DNA of 55,066 nt from Neolecta irregularis DAH-3 (lineage: Eukaryota): assembly GCA_001929475.1 (NCBI GenBank), contig LXFE01000122.1:1-55066 (forward strand), given 5' to 3'. A program made the translations under genes and the position numbers. Below are positions 35,620-46,985 of this stretch, piece by piece; position 1 is the stretch's first letter, and each line of letters starts with the position of its first letter. The notes under the pieces are model-generated. The model worked only from the letters and a program-made list of their open reading frames with translations. It was not told the DNA's origin and made no database searches.

Positions 35620-38606
35620 CTATCCTCCATCGTCTATGATTCCCATCATCTCCCTTCTCAGACGTTCCACCTGTTCAGCCCGCCTGCGAATAGCAACATC
35701 AGACTTGACACGCCCTTTCAGCTCCTCACACCGTGCTAGTAAAACATCTATGCTGAATGTATGTCTCGTCACGTTCTTTAAATATGAATAGATCGCCGCA
35801 GCCGATTTACACGCTAGAATCCCCTTTTCGTTGATTTTGATAATCGCGATCGCCACTCGCCAGAGGAATGTATTCCCCTCCATGAAAAATACATCCCACA
35901 CCCGAAACAAAACCTACCGTGAGCCCATATTCGTGTCTTGCTTATATACCTCGGGCGGCAAACAATCCGTAAACACGCTCAAAAACCAGCCAAATGTAAC
36001 GCTTTCGATATCGACACGCATTTTCGCGAAAAAGTTGTGTATTTTCGGACAGAGTTCTTTGAGATATTGTTTGAGTACACGTTGATCCGCTCTTGAAGTT
36101 ATCAAGTCTGGTGTAAAATACCCTTCTGGAAGAATTTTCTCAACGATGCTGACTAGTACCCAGAATGCATCTTCTTCAGTAGAATGACTTAGCAAAAGAG
36201 TAGCTGCGATGACATTCACTTTATGGTTTAGAGTGGAATTAGAGGATGTTTGTACTTCCTTGGCAATATCCAATCGAGGGGTTATGTCGGCTGAAAGCTA
36301 GCAAAAGTCTTCTCAGTTTCGGTACACCCGGTCCCTTGCCCCCGAAAAAGACATTATTAGGCATAGTCCGATTGATATCCTATATTATAAACCCCCTGTA
36401 GAAGGTAACGCATACCATGTCGATTTGCTGCACACTCATAGAATCAGTGTCTCTCCCGTCAGATATAAGATCGTCGTAGTAACCAGGCTGACGCAGCTGA
36501 CTTGCCCCTGAACATTCTGCCCATACCTAAAAAGCTAAAAACGACGGAATCAAAAAAGAACAGACCTTTGCGCGATAAACCACCGGAACTCCAGAAAACA
36601 TCAAATTTCGAAATTCTTTCCATGCTTCACGACCAAGTTTGCCCATACCCATTGTCGACAATCCGACAATTTCTCCATCGTTGCCAATATCTTTTGACAT
36701 ACCCTTCTCCAATCTCCGATCTTTATGAATTTTCCTGAGATATTTATCCCACCTATCCCCATCAATTAATACCAATCCAAGATACATAATTCATCACATA
36801 CTTTTCTTTCTGAACTCTTTGAATAGCATCGTGTGCGTCGATCATATGTTCAAGCAAATTCTGGATCGAACCAGATCTGTCATGACTTGATGATTTCAAC
36901 TCAGTATCTTCGATAAACTCTAAACGAACCGCCGGTGAATTTCTAGTTTTACTGCATGAATTTGGTAATGTGAAATTTATGGTAGGTGTGATATCAGAGG
37001 ATAAAGGATTTACAGGGGGCGATTTAAATTCGGTATTAAAGAGGTAATTATTATCATGCTGTGATCTGAGATGTCCGATATCGACAAATGATAGACTTCT
37101 TCGTCTATCAGTTCGATTAGATTGAGGTCGGACAAATGAACCAGTGCGTGTTCGTGTTCCCTGAGTTCGAGAAGGAAGAGTTTGGTTTTGTTTTCGACTT
37201 TTAGACACGTGGATGAAGCCGTATCGATCTGTTACGTGTTTCTCATCGGGTCGGTAATGTTTGTCCCAAGTTAAAAGAAGGGTAGGGGGTTGTTCGTCGG
37301 AAGGAACTATTCTGTCTAATTCGACGGAACCGAGAGGAGATTTCAGGGAAGCATTTGAAGATATTCTAGACATATTGTGAGTTGTTTGACGGGATAGTGA
37401 AGGTGATAAAGTCCCTGAACTATGGTCTTTCTCTTTACGTCTCTGGGATTGTTTTACGGGCGAAGGGGAATACTGAATCGACCATGCTAAATTCCTGACT
37501 ACGTCGTGTCGCATATCATCAATGTTTTCAGAGGCAACTGACTCTACATCGAATATAGATTGTGTGTCGTCGTGGTGAGATGACTGTCGCGATCTCTTGG
37601 AGTCAGCGACATAGGACAAGGCGGGAGATGATGAATTTGGGGTCCGTAGAGACATTTCTTCAGGCGAGTCGATATGAACGGGTTGTTGGCTGATTATCAC
37701 AGGTGAAGTTTGTGGTTTATTTGAAGGTGGTGACAAGAAAATACTGGCATCCTTTCCGCTTTGGCCGTCTTGACAGCCTGAGGGTGACACCGGATGATCT
37801 CTACTGTGCGTTAATCTGAGAGAATTGGATCCTGCGTATCCGGACCGATTACTCAGTAGTGAACTGCGCGAAGCAGGTCTATAAGGCTGTCTTTCCCTGT
37901 TTGGCGTCCCGGGAGGCTGTAAATTAGGTTGTATGCGCAGACAAGTATCTAATGAATCGAAACTAAAATCCGGGGGAAAATATGGCGACGTAGGTCTACT
38001 GAACGATCTTGCTGAACCCAAATTCGAAAACCACTGCTGGAGTGCATGTTTCTTGCCAGAAACAGTATTTCCTCGTTGCGACTGCAAACAGATCGGCTGC
38101 AAGTTGAAATTTAAGGATGATTTCGAAGTTTCTGGTCGTGGAGTTTGCGACATGTCGACACTGAAAGCATCTTCTGTCATGGCTTCTGAGAGTTCCTCTT
38201 CCAATGCCCGTTCAAATTCGTTGCCGTCGTCAGGAAAGATATTTGAACTGGGTGCTTGTTCATGTTCTTCGTTGAACAAACTGGCCATCAATCTTCTAGT
38301 TTCAAAGTGTGAGCCATTCGATACATTTCGACAACTCCTTTCGCTCGATACAAACGACGGTCTTCGAGACCGAGCATCAGCACTGGGTCGTCCAGACGAC
38401 AGCGGAGATCTGACCTTTTCCTGACATGGAAAACCCAAGTCATCTGGGCTTATATTCGTGTTTGATACCCCCTTGGTGACAACGGTGTCGTCGTCAGTCG
38501 TGTTTAGGTACAGCGGATGATCTTTTACGATACTCAAGATGGAACTTGCTGCAGTCGATTCGGTAGCCAATCTCTTCGGCCTGCGAAGCGACTGATTTGA
38601 AGCCAT
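35620..38606 (-). CDS. TBC-domain Rab GTPase-activating protein
   Basis: TDRYGFI, GVPVVYRAKVWAECSG, QIDMDINRTMPNN, IGYCQGMNVIAA, EEDAFWVL, RVWDVFF. Five introns. Confidence 0.9.
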
Positions 38607-38807
38607 TTATCCTACAGTTGGATGGACGATGATGCCTAGCATTAGCGTTTGGCCCGTGATGATTCCCCCAACATTCCACTGATGGTTTACATATATCAAC
38701 ACAACATAAATATACTTCTTTTCGCTTATTTTCACTTTATATGTTTAGAATATGGTATAAAAGGGGAATATAATAAGCCGGATGATTTAATTACATTATT
38801 CCCCAAA

Positions 38808-39822
38808 ATGCCCCCTCATAACCCAGACAAAAGACTCGGAATTATTCAAAAACATCTCGATCCGTCCCAGGATAAATCACACCTCCATAATACATTACTA
38901 GGAAAAGTCGCGATAATCACTGGGTGTAACAGCATCCTTGGAATCGGAATCGCAACAGCCCATAAATATGCCCAAAGCTGCGCAAAAGCAATATATATCT
39001 GCGACTTTGATGATTCTAATTTAGCGCAACATAAATCTGATTTGACCAAATTATATTCAAACACTGATATCATCTTCCGAAAATTCGACGCAGCTGACGA
39101 AAAGGCAGTAAAACAACTTGTAAAGTATGAATGTGTGTTAGGGTTACGATTTGATTGTTATAGGGATGTAATAAATACGTATAAAAGACTGGATATATTT
39201 TTCGCAAATGCAGCGAGAATAGGAAACTTTTTCATTCCCGATATCACGCCGGAGGAATTTATGGAAACTTTGCGTGTGAATACGTTGAGTGCATTCCTTG
39301 CAATTAAACATGCTTCTCCCGCTATGCAAGTAATATGTTCAGAAAAGAAGGATGCGGGTGGTAGTATTATTGTGACTGCCAGTGTGGCGGGATTGAGATC
39401 GGGGGCGGGGGGACCAGATTACTCTGCATCGAAAGCTGCAGTAATTAGTCTTGTACAAACTGGATCGTGGCAATTGTCAGGTACTAGAGTTCGTGTAAAT
39501 GCCATTTGTCCTGGATTGATAGAGACGGGGATGACAGAGGCAGTATTTGGTACTTCCCCGATTCCCGACGAGTTTGACTGGGAAAGAGATGGCCCGGAAG
39601 AAGGGAACCGAGGGAAAGATTGGACAGTTGAATCCGATGAAGCGGTATGGCGTAGCTTCCGAGGTTGCGAATGTGGCTTTGTTTCTTGCGTCTGAAGAGT
39701 ATACATTGGTATGATTATCATTGTTGCTGAGTTATAGGTCATCATACTGCAATTCTGGTGTGTATACAGTGGACGGAGGTCTTAGTGGTTCTCATCCTGT
39801 TGTTCCAGGCAAGTTGCATTGA
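38808..39822 (+). CDS. Short-chain dehydrogenase/reductase with N-terminal PTS2-like motif
   Basis: GKVAIITG, FFANA, TASVAG, YSASK, RVNAICPG, VDGG; RLGIIQKHL near the N-terminus. Three introns. Confidence 0.9.
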
Positions 39823-40541
39823 TCTGACTCGTCGGATTCGTCCGAGTAGTAGATTGGGAGTATATTTGAAGGGGATCGTTTAGTTGATAGTTGATCAGAG
39901 AGATATTGGTGTTTAGAGGCTTTTATTTCGACGTCAGAAGGGCATTCGACCTCTGTTTTTTGAACCTCAACGGAAGGACATTCGACTTCTATCTTTTCGA
40001 TGTAAATAGAAGGGTAGCCGATGATAGCCTTTCCCTTTAGAGCAGCAGCGAGGGTGCAAGTTTCCGGTAGTTGTGCAGACGGGCTTTTCAAGTGGAAACA
40101 GATATTTTTATTGTTCAGTTGGTCGAGAATGGGAGAGGGTTGGGATGATTTCAGACTAGTAAAGGCATCTGCAAGGGTGCACTTCTCTGAGACGCTATGT
40201 GAGAGAAATCGTGATTCGTTATTATCGATACGGACAAGCCATTCGAGAGTCCTGAGGATGGGATTTAGGGAAAAGACGGGTTTTTGTTTGAGAAGGGAGT
40301 TTTTGAGTCTGGCGGCATTGTCGATAGAGCGCTCGACGTTGAGAAGGAAGCGGTAGTCTGAATTGAGGGCTGCTTCAGAGTGCAATAATCGTTTTTCGAG
40401 AAACTGAGGCGTGCTGATGCCTGAGCAGGCGGAAGCGAGTTTATGATGGTGGACACATTCGAGCGAGCAGGAAGAAGCGAGGCAACGCGGACAGCGGTAG
40501 CGAGCAGGACGGGAACATGAAGTACACAAAGCAGTGGTCAT
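39792..40541 (-). CDS. BCD1: Box C/D snoRNP assembly factor with zf-HIT domain
   Basis: CTSCSRPARYRCPRCLASSCSLECVHHHK...CSG, DYRFLLNVER, WTLEW-like RTLEW, LKGKAIIGYPSIY. Confidence 0.82.
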   Translation of the reverse strand: MTTALCTSCSRPARYRCPRCLASSCSLECVHHHKLASACSGISTPQFLEKRLLHSEAALNSDYRFLLNVERSIDNAARLKNSLLKQKPVFSLNPILRTLEWLVRIDNNESRFLSHSVSEKCTLADAFTSLKSSQPSPILDQLNNKNICFHLKSPSAQLPETCTLAAALKGKAIIGYPSIYIEKIEVECPSVEVQKTEVECPSDVEIKASKHQYLSDQLSTKRSPSNILPIYYSDESDESDQCNLPGTTG

Positions 40542-40664
40542 GTTGATATATAGATGGTGTAGGATGGATGGATGGATTGGTTGGTAATAGATGGAAGAAT
40601 ATTTTTTGATGGTGGTGATTGTTATCACTCCCGGCTTATCAACGCTCCCTCTTCTCTCTCTTCC

Positions 40665-41796
40665 ATGTCCAACGATCAATCACAATCGCTCCGCGCGGTC
40701 AAAGATTGTCTTGCGGGCACTGGTATTTATCGCTGCTGTTTTTTCTAACCGCCAGCCGCGGGAATCGCTCAGGTGCTGAGTGGCCAGCCCTTTGATACAG
40801 TCAGTGCGTGATCTATTCGGTGCTTCTTTTCTCGTTAATTCAGAGGTCCGCCTGCAGACTGCTGCTCATTCGCAATACACAGGCACATTGGACTGTGCAC
40901 TTAAATTATACCGCTCAGACGGTTTATTAGGCTTCTACAAAGGCACTCTCACACCTCTTCTCGGTATCGGAGCCTGCGTATCCATTCAGTTTGCTACAAA
41001 CGAATACATGAAACGCTTTTTTGCCGCAAACAACAACGGCGCCCCAATGCGCCCTTCCCAGGTCACACCCTCTAACCAGACAAACTAAAAGTATTTAGTT
41101 CTACCTAGCTGGAATGGCTGCCGGTCTTGCAAATGCAGCTCTAGCAAGTCCAATCGAACATGTCAGGATACGTATGTCGCCCCTTTTGTCCCATAGCGAA
41201 CTTCTCAAGGCTTGCAGACACAATCTACCTTCTCCGGCCCTCTCGACTGTATCCGCAAAATATACTCCGCATACGGCTTGAAAGGCATCTTTAGAGGATT
41301 CTTCCCCACCGCTATCAGAGAATCCCTCGGTGCAGGGTAATTTTTGTTTTGTTTTTTGTCAACATCCTCACTCATTTATAGCGCCTACTTTTTTACTTAC
41401 GAATCCCTCGTCGCAAGGGAACTGAAAAAGGGCAAGCGACGCGCAGATATATCTTCTATAAAACTCTGTCTCTTTGGAGCATCGGCCGGTTACGCCTTTT
41501 GGCTCTCCTGCTACCCTATTGGTCACTAACTCTCCTTGCCATAACTTACTCTAGACGTCGTAAAATCGAAATTACAGACAGATTCCCTCGTTAAAGCTGA
41601 CCAGCGCTACAAATCTTCAATTGGCTGTTTTCGCCATATAATTCAAATACATGGCGTCCCAGGTCTCTTTAGAGGACTCACACCCACTTTGTATCGCCTT
41701 TGTTATTGTTGCTGCTGATTGTCCAGGTTAAGAGCTGCTCCTGTAAGTGCTGCCACTTTTATGGCATTTGAAGCTGCTATGAGAGTTCTTGCGTAG
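40665..41796 (+). CDS. Mitochondrial carrier (YMC1 or carnitine/acylcarnitine-like)
   Basis: Three carrier signatures PFDTVKVRLQ, PIEHVRIRLQ, PIDVVKSKLQ; RAAPVSAATF. Seven introns. Confidence 0.92.
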
Positions 41797-42012
41797 AACT
41801 TACATTATTTATACTGTTTCATTCACCTTATGACATTGAAGAGTCATGAGAGTTTACATACACATTTTGTATATTGTTTCATTCATCTTATGACACTTCC
41901 ACGGTTATGAGAGTATGCGTAGAACATACATTATCATCCACTTTTATGGCATTAAAAAGACTATGAGAGTTCTTACATCGATAGATTGCATACATTAAGT
42001 ATACTGTTCCAT
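41753..42012. repeat. Four degenerate ~56-68-bp tandem units derived from the carrier gene's 3' end
   Basis: ATGAGAGT core at 41779, 41847, 41907 and 41963, each preceded by TTATG(G/A)CA; ccacttttatggcatt occurs twice. Confidence 0.8.
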
Positions 42013-42150
42013 TTAAAATCACTAAGAAATCACTAAATCTTTCTCCAATGCATCTGGTGGGACATTTCCCCGGATTTTATCAAACGGAATCATACCATCC
42101 TCACGATTCGTCATACCCATGAATCACCTGTCTATTCTACATACCCAATC

Positions 42151-42941
42151 ATGATTCGAAATAAAATGAATAGTCACATCCGATCAGTTTCAACATTTCC
42201 CCAGCCAACAATTGATACCCCGAAAAATATCAAGCTAAATTATCGCAGTATACGAACAGTTTCAACAACACCCTGGCCAACGATCGATAATCCTTCACCC
42301 TACCAAGTCTTTGGTTTGCCACCAACTTCTAACCAAACAGAAATCAAACGGAGGTATAGTGGTACATCTACTCACCGCTGATTACATGGTACTATGATCT
42401 AGCGCGTTTATACCATCCAGATCACCAATCGTCACGTAAATACACGGGACGCTTTCAGAAAGTAGCAGAGGCATATGAATTGCTATCCGATCCACGTCGT
42501 CGAAAAGCTTACGATAAATTTGGAATAGGATGGCCTAATACAGCGAGAAATACTACCAAGACACCTCCTTCTTTTCATCACCAAAAAGAGATCTATAAAC
42601 AGTGGTATGGATATCAATATGATGCCTTTTATGCAAATAAAGAATCAACTCAACGTCCCCCACCTTCATCAAATAATACGGTATTCATAGTTGGATTTAC
42701 TTCTTTTTTCCTCTGCGGTTTAATTTTATCGTTTCGGTATGGTGGACCTACCTTAATACAAGAAGCAGCCAACAGACAACATGCGAAATCTGCGTTGAAT
42801 TGGCAGATTGCGCAGAGTGAGGCCAAGAGGTTGTATACCAAGAAAAAACACGTAGTGGGAAAAGAGATTGTGTCTTGTGTTTTTACGGATGGTGAGGATG
42901 GGGTTTGTAGGAGTTGTGGGATTGCAAATGGAGTTTATTGA
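42151..42941 (+). CDS. J-domain protein, probably mitochondrial (Jid1-like)
   Basis: PYQVFGL, EIKRR-YYDLARLYHPD, RFQKVAEAYELLSDPRRRKAYD, C-terminal TM segment. One intron. Confidence 0.85.
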
Positions 42942-43130
42942 TCTTTTTGTTAGGGGGTATCCGTAGGGGCGCTGGATTTCACGTATGATATCATTGTCTA
43001 AAGTATCATCACTGTACATATCAGGCTCTGTTATCTCGTGCTTGAAGATCGTGATATCATTTGCTTGGAGCCTGATTTTGATCATTCGCTTGGCGATAAT
43101 ATCTACCCCAGTAGAGATATTAAGCCACAG

Positions 43131-43844
43131 TCAAAGAATGAGTTTTGCATGCATTACACGATACATATTCCATTTCACACATAAATCATCTGTATATCCA
43201 ACCCGTTCAAAAAGCAATTCAGCTCTTACACCTCCTAAACGTCGAATTTCATTCAAACGAAAATTAAACAGATTAACGAAATCGTTTAAAACCTGATGAT
43301 TTCGAGAATCAAATGATGTACCAGGATACGAGCATGTCATTAGTGGAATATCCAATTTTGAGCCATCGTTATTAACGCCCGACAAGTAGAAATTGTATAC
43401 TTGAAGTATGATGTCTGTGATTGCTTTATAGCCCGGTGGTTGAACGTATACGAATGGATATTGTAATAGAATTCCAGCGATCGTGGGGTATCGATGTATA
43501 TCTACCGGGGGGATATTAATAATTCCAACACCCAAAACACAATCTTTTATTCCCTCGAGAACTTGTAGTGCCCAATTTGGAATTTCCAGAGATATCTCAA
43601 GGGTGGGCAAGTAGATTATCGACGATCTGACACGATCATTAATAACCTCTCGCACCAATTCCACATTCACGATTAATTTATCATCACAGCCAAGACAAAG
43701 GATACACAAGGAAACCTCCAAAAATGTCGAAAGTTCAACTAGAAATGGTTTTAAATGCTCAATGCCGATTCGAATATCTAGCATATACGCATTCCTAAGT
43801 CCGCAGATGACAGGTATTATCCCTTGAAATGTCAATCGCGCCAT
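43131..43844 (-). CDS. Uncharacterised protein, DUF4504/C1orf74-like
   Basis: Intronless 237-aa ORF. GLRNAYMLD and PTIAGILLQYPFVY resemble my recollection of that family. Confidence 0.55.
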   Translation of the reverse strand: MARLTFQGIIPVICGLRNAYMLDIRIGIEHLKPFLVELSTFLEVSLCILCLGCDDKLIVNVELVREVINDRVRSSIIYLPTLEISLEIPNWALQVLEGIKDCVLGVGIINIPPVDIHRYPTIAGILLQYPFVYVQPPGYKAITDIILQVYNFYLSGVNNDGSKLDIPLMTCSYPGTSFDSRNHQVLNDFVNLFNFRLNEIRRLGGVRAELLFERVGYTDDLCVKWNMYRVMHAKLIL

Positions 43845-44111
43845 ATTTTCAAAAGATGACCTTGAAGTAATTCACATTGCGCTTTATATGACAAAACTCG
43901 ACGAGGGATTTTAGAGGCACTTTGGCGGAGGTAGTCGAGTACCGAAGCTGGCATTGGCGAAAACGTCGGTGGTAATATTGATAAAATATGTTCCGCGCGA
44001 AATGTAAAGTACGCGCAGTCAGTCCATCCGCCCGTCGAAGAGATCTGAGCCGCCTGCCCCCCCCGTTTCTTTTCTACGTCTCATCAAAGGCAGACAGAAT
44101 CCCGGCCTTTC

Positions 44112-44257
44112 AGACAGTAGCAACCTGCGGGTGTCAAGCGCCCACGTATAGATTGATCGGCAACTTCTTCTTTTTACATCCGACCAATCAGTTATCCGGC
44201 AGTTCAGAAAGTGCGACCTGCTAGCTTGGCACACATAGGCAAATGTTGCTATTGGTC
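44112..44257. ncRNA. Candidate structured RNA (nested multi-stem); identity and strand unknown
   Basis: Stems 44115-44124/44245-44254, 44131-44139/44224-44232, 44151-44160/44180-44189, 44199-44205/44215-44221. Confidence 0.3.
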
Positions 44258-44673
44258 CAATTTTAAGCATTGATATCGATGGGCACGGTCACACATACAA
44301 AGCCATGACCCTGTACTATGCAATGGTAAAATTAACAGACTGTTCTGCAACAGCAGCCTACGTATTACGTTTCTTCATCAAGAACTATGTAGATGTGTTT
44401 CGCATTTCCAAAACACTGACGGCTTTCCTTTTTTTCCGAGACAGGAAGGATTAAATAATGAAAGCCGGATACGGTACTATTCTTGGCGACTTCTATAAAG
44501 TGGCTTGGTGCCACGAGGGAGAAATGTTTTACCCGACTCTCTTCACTAATTATTTCAAGTTCTTTTTCTGAAGTGTCCCCCCCTACAGCGGATTGTGTTA
44601 ACCAAAGTCTAAACGTTTATTCCACATTCCGTTTGCACTCACCTTACATTAAGCAGTCCATTTACCCTATTTT

Positions 44674-46018
44674 ATGTTGCCTAAGCTCTTTTGGTCGATC
44701 CTGCTTCATCCCAATCTCCTTTGCGCTGCATCATATCTCGATAATTTCTCAAAAGTTCTAGATGCAAGCGAATTTTATGCTCAACATTTTGAGGACCATG
44801 GGGCTTTCCGCGTGAAATGTGTACAACAAACAAATATTTGTGCAGAGCAATGTTTTTTGGACAAGTATTTCTGTAATTCGTTCAGCGTAGTCTTACACGA
44901 CTCAACCTTGTATTGTCATCCATCCGAGATACAAGTCCGGGATATCACTTTGGATGATATGCCAACCAGTTATACTGTGATAACACTCTTTAAGTAAGCA
45001 TTTGTGACAGTACGGAAATTGATAATTTAGTATCAAGGAACCAAGAAATAAAGTTGTAGATGAGCTTTCTCGCAATGAAGGATCCATGGAAGAGTGGACC
45101 GATGAGATTATAAAGGGATATTCACTATCAGCACAGGAAAATTTCTGGAAACCTTTTTTGCTTGGCTGCAGGAACTCTGCATTGAATGGACCACCAGCAA
45201 GTGCAGTCGATTTTAAGGGATGGCTTGAGCGAAATGGTGTTCTCTCAGCTGCCCGTGATACAGGAGAGCCAAAGAACAAACGATTCAAACCCTCTCCGGA
45301 AGTAGCCCAAGAATACAAGACTTCGATCGCCGAAGAAATCAGCGTTGGCCTCAAATCATGGTCAGGTTATAGAGGGTCTTCAGATTTGTTTGACATAATG
45401 GCGCTGACTTTTCTCGATATATTCAGTCACAACATTGTTGGTCAAGCCTTCACTACTCTTTTTGATCCAATAAGGAAGTCTTTGTTTATCCATGGAGAAA
45501 ACCTTTACCTTTTAATCGTTTCAGATGGCAAAGGATATTACGTTATGATACACGATACTTCCGTTCAAAATTTCGCTCTAAATATCCCATCAATATATCA
45601 AACGGGTTTCAAACAGGGTATCCCGTACGAATCTGCGTGGGAAATGTTTGAAGGAGCTGTGCATATTCTAGACAACCAGGCGAAACTTACCAAACCTGTA
45701 ATACCACATCGGTTCAGTTTAGAGTACGATTATGGTAATAAGAAATCGGCGTTAGATGTTGTATTTCAGGCGACACATATTCTTCTGCAGCCTACAGGAT
45801 TCGGCGATGATGCAATCTATTCCAAAGACACTAGAAGCCGGAAATGTCTTAGCGACATGATGACATTAGTGCTCTCTCGAGTATATGGGAAGAACATGAG
45901 ATCCACTCTAGCTCAATCTCGATCATTGGAAAGCAAGGTGCGAAAGGATTTTAGAGAAAGCATGATTGATATTATTACTTTCCAGAGACCATCCTCCCAA
46001 ATAGGTAATGGGACCTAG
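44674..46018 (+). CDS. Orphan ~435-aa protein, putatively secreted, with N-terminal PAN/apple-like Cys motif
   Basis: A GTAAGC...TAG intron at 44994-45030 joins ORFs 44674 and 45086 in frame. Hydrophobic N-terminus; CAEQC.....FCNSF......LYC. Confidence 0.7.
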
Positions 46019-46985
46019 ACGAGGTTTATTTTGGTATATTTTGTATGCATGTTCAGATTGGTTTTCTTTTTTCAGTGGGAGATTATTACTGGGTTATAAG
46101 ACCACTAGCTAATATCAGGCTATTGTGTTTAAATGCAATCAATCTACAGGGCAGGGAGGCGATCCAGAGTGAGGTGACGTTTCAATCATTCCTACAACGA
46201 TCATTTTGATTTTGGCAGACCATCATTACTTTCACCTTGGGATTTTGAATCCAACTATGGTTATTTCCATTGAATCTCTCCAGTGGTCTTTGTTCTGGGA
46301 ATTGATTTCCATTTCTTGCCAACATCACTTTAGAGATTTGGCATGGCCGCATGGATCATGAGAAATTGTTAAATTACCCTAGGTGATTATATGAATATGT
46401 GAAATATACTTATCTTTAGTCTTTACTCTTCTTTCTCCGTGTCCCTCCTCCTGTCTCACTGTTCCTGTAAGTCTGTGTTCAGTACACAAATCTTGTGTTA
46501 GGCGAACCCATACTATATAGGCTTACAGTAATCCGGCATCGCAAGCCTTGTCCCCTGACTGGAGTCCTTTACTACCACTACCGTTGTGCTCAAGGTTCTT
46601 CATTTTCTTGGAGTCGATGGTCTGCTTACTCCAGATATATTCGATATATTTATAACAGGATCATCTTGGAAAATTTCAGCACGGTGATATGCGTGCATAA
46701 TATTCAAATGCTGTTTCGTTTGATCAGGTAGGCAGAAATGCTCAATATCAAATGGAAATCCTTTAGAATTTAAAACACACAAACGAACTCCTAGTTCTGA
46801 AAATAACTGGTAAGATGACAAGCAGATCTGACAAAGCAGAGTAGGAGAATCCAAGCCATCTGCTGGCTAGAGTCTAGAAAGGACCTCCTTGACAATTGTG
46901 GCATGTGTGATATTCCTGGCGAAGAGGGTGTTGAGAACTAAACAATTATAGGATAATCTTAAATATCTGTTGGTTTAGTACACTG

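Noticed and set aside
39925-39995. Duplicated EVECPS peptide in the BCD1 tail
   Set aside because: Small in-frame duplication in a non-conserved tail.
41753-42012. Spaced repeats as a CRISPR-like array
   Set aside because: Units are degenerate tandem duplications with related intervening sequence; eukaryotic context and no cas genes.
42753-43130. Minus-strand frame continuing after the TGA of the DUF4504-like ORF (readthrough or extra exon)
   Set aside because: The upstream ORF ends where the family seems to end, the extension would overlap the J-protein CDS, and it has no recognisable motif.
44030-44350. RNase P RNA-like snippets (GAAGAGATCTGAG, TGCAATGG, CAGACT)
   Set aside because: Only loose matches; no convincing P1/P2/P4 arrangement could be built by hand.
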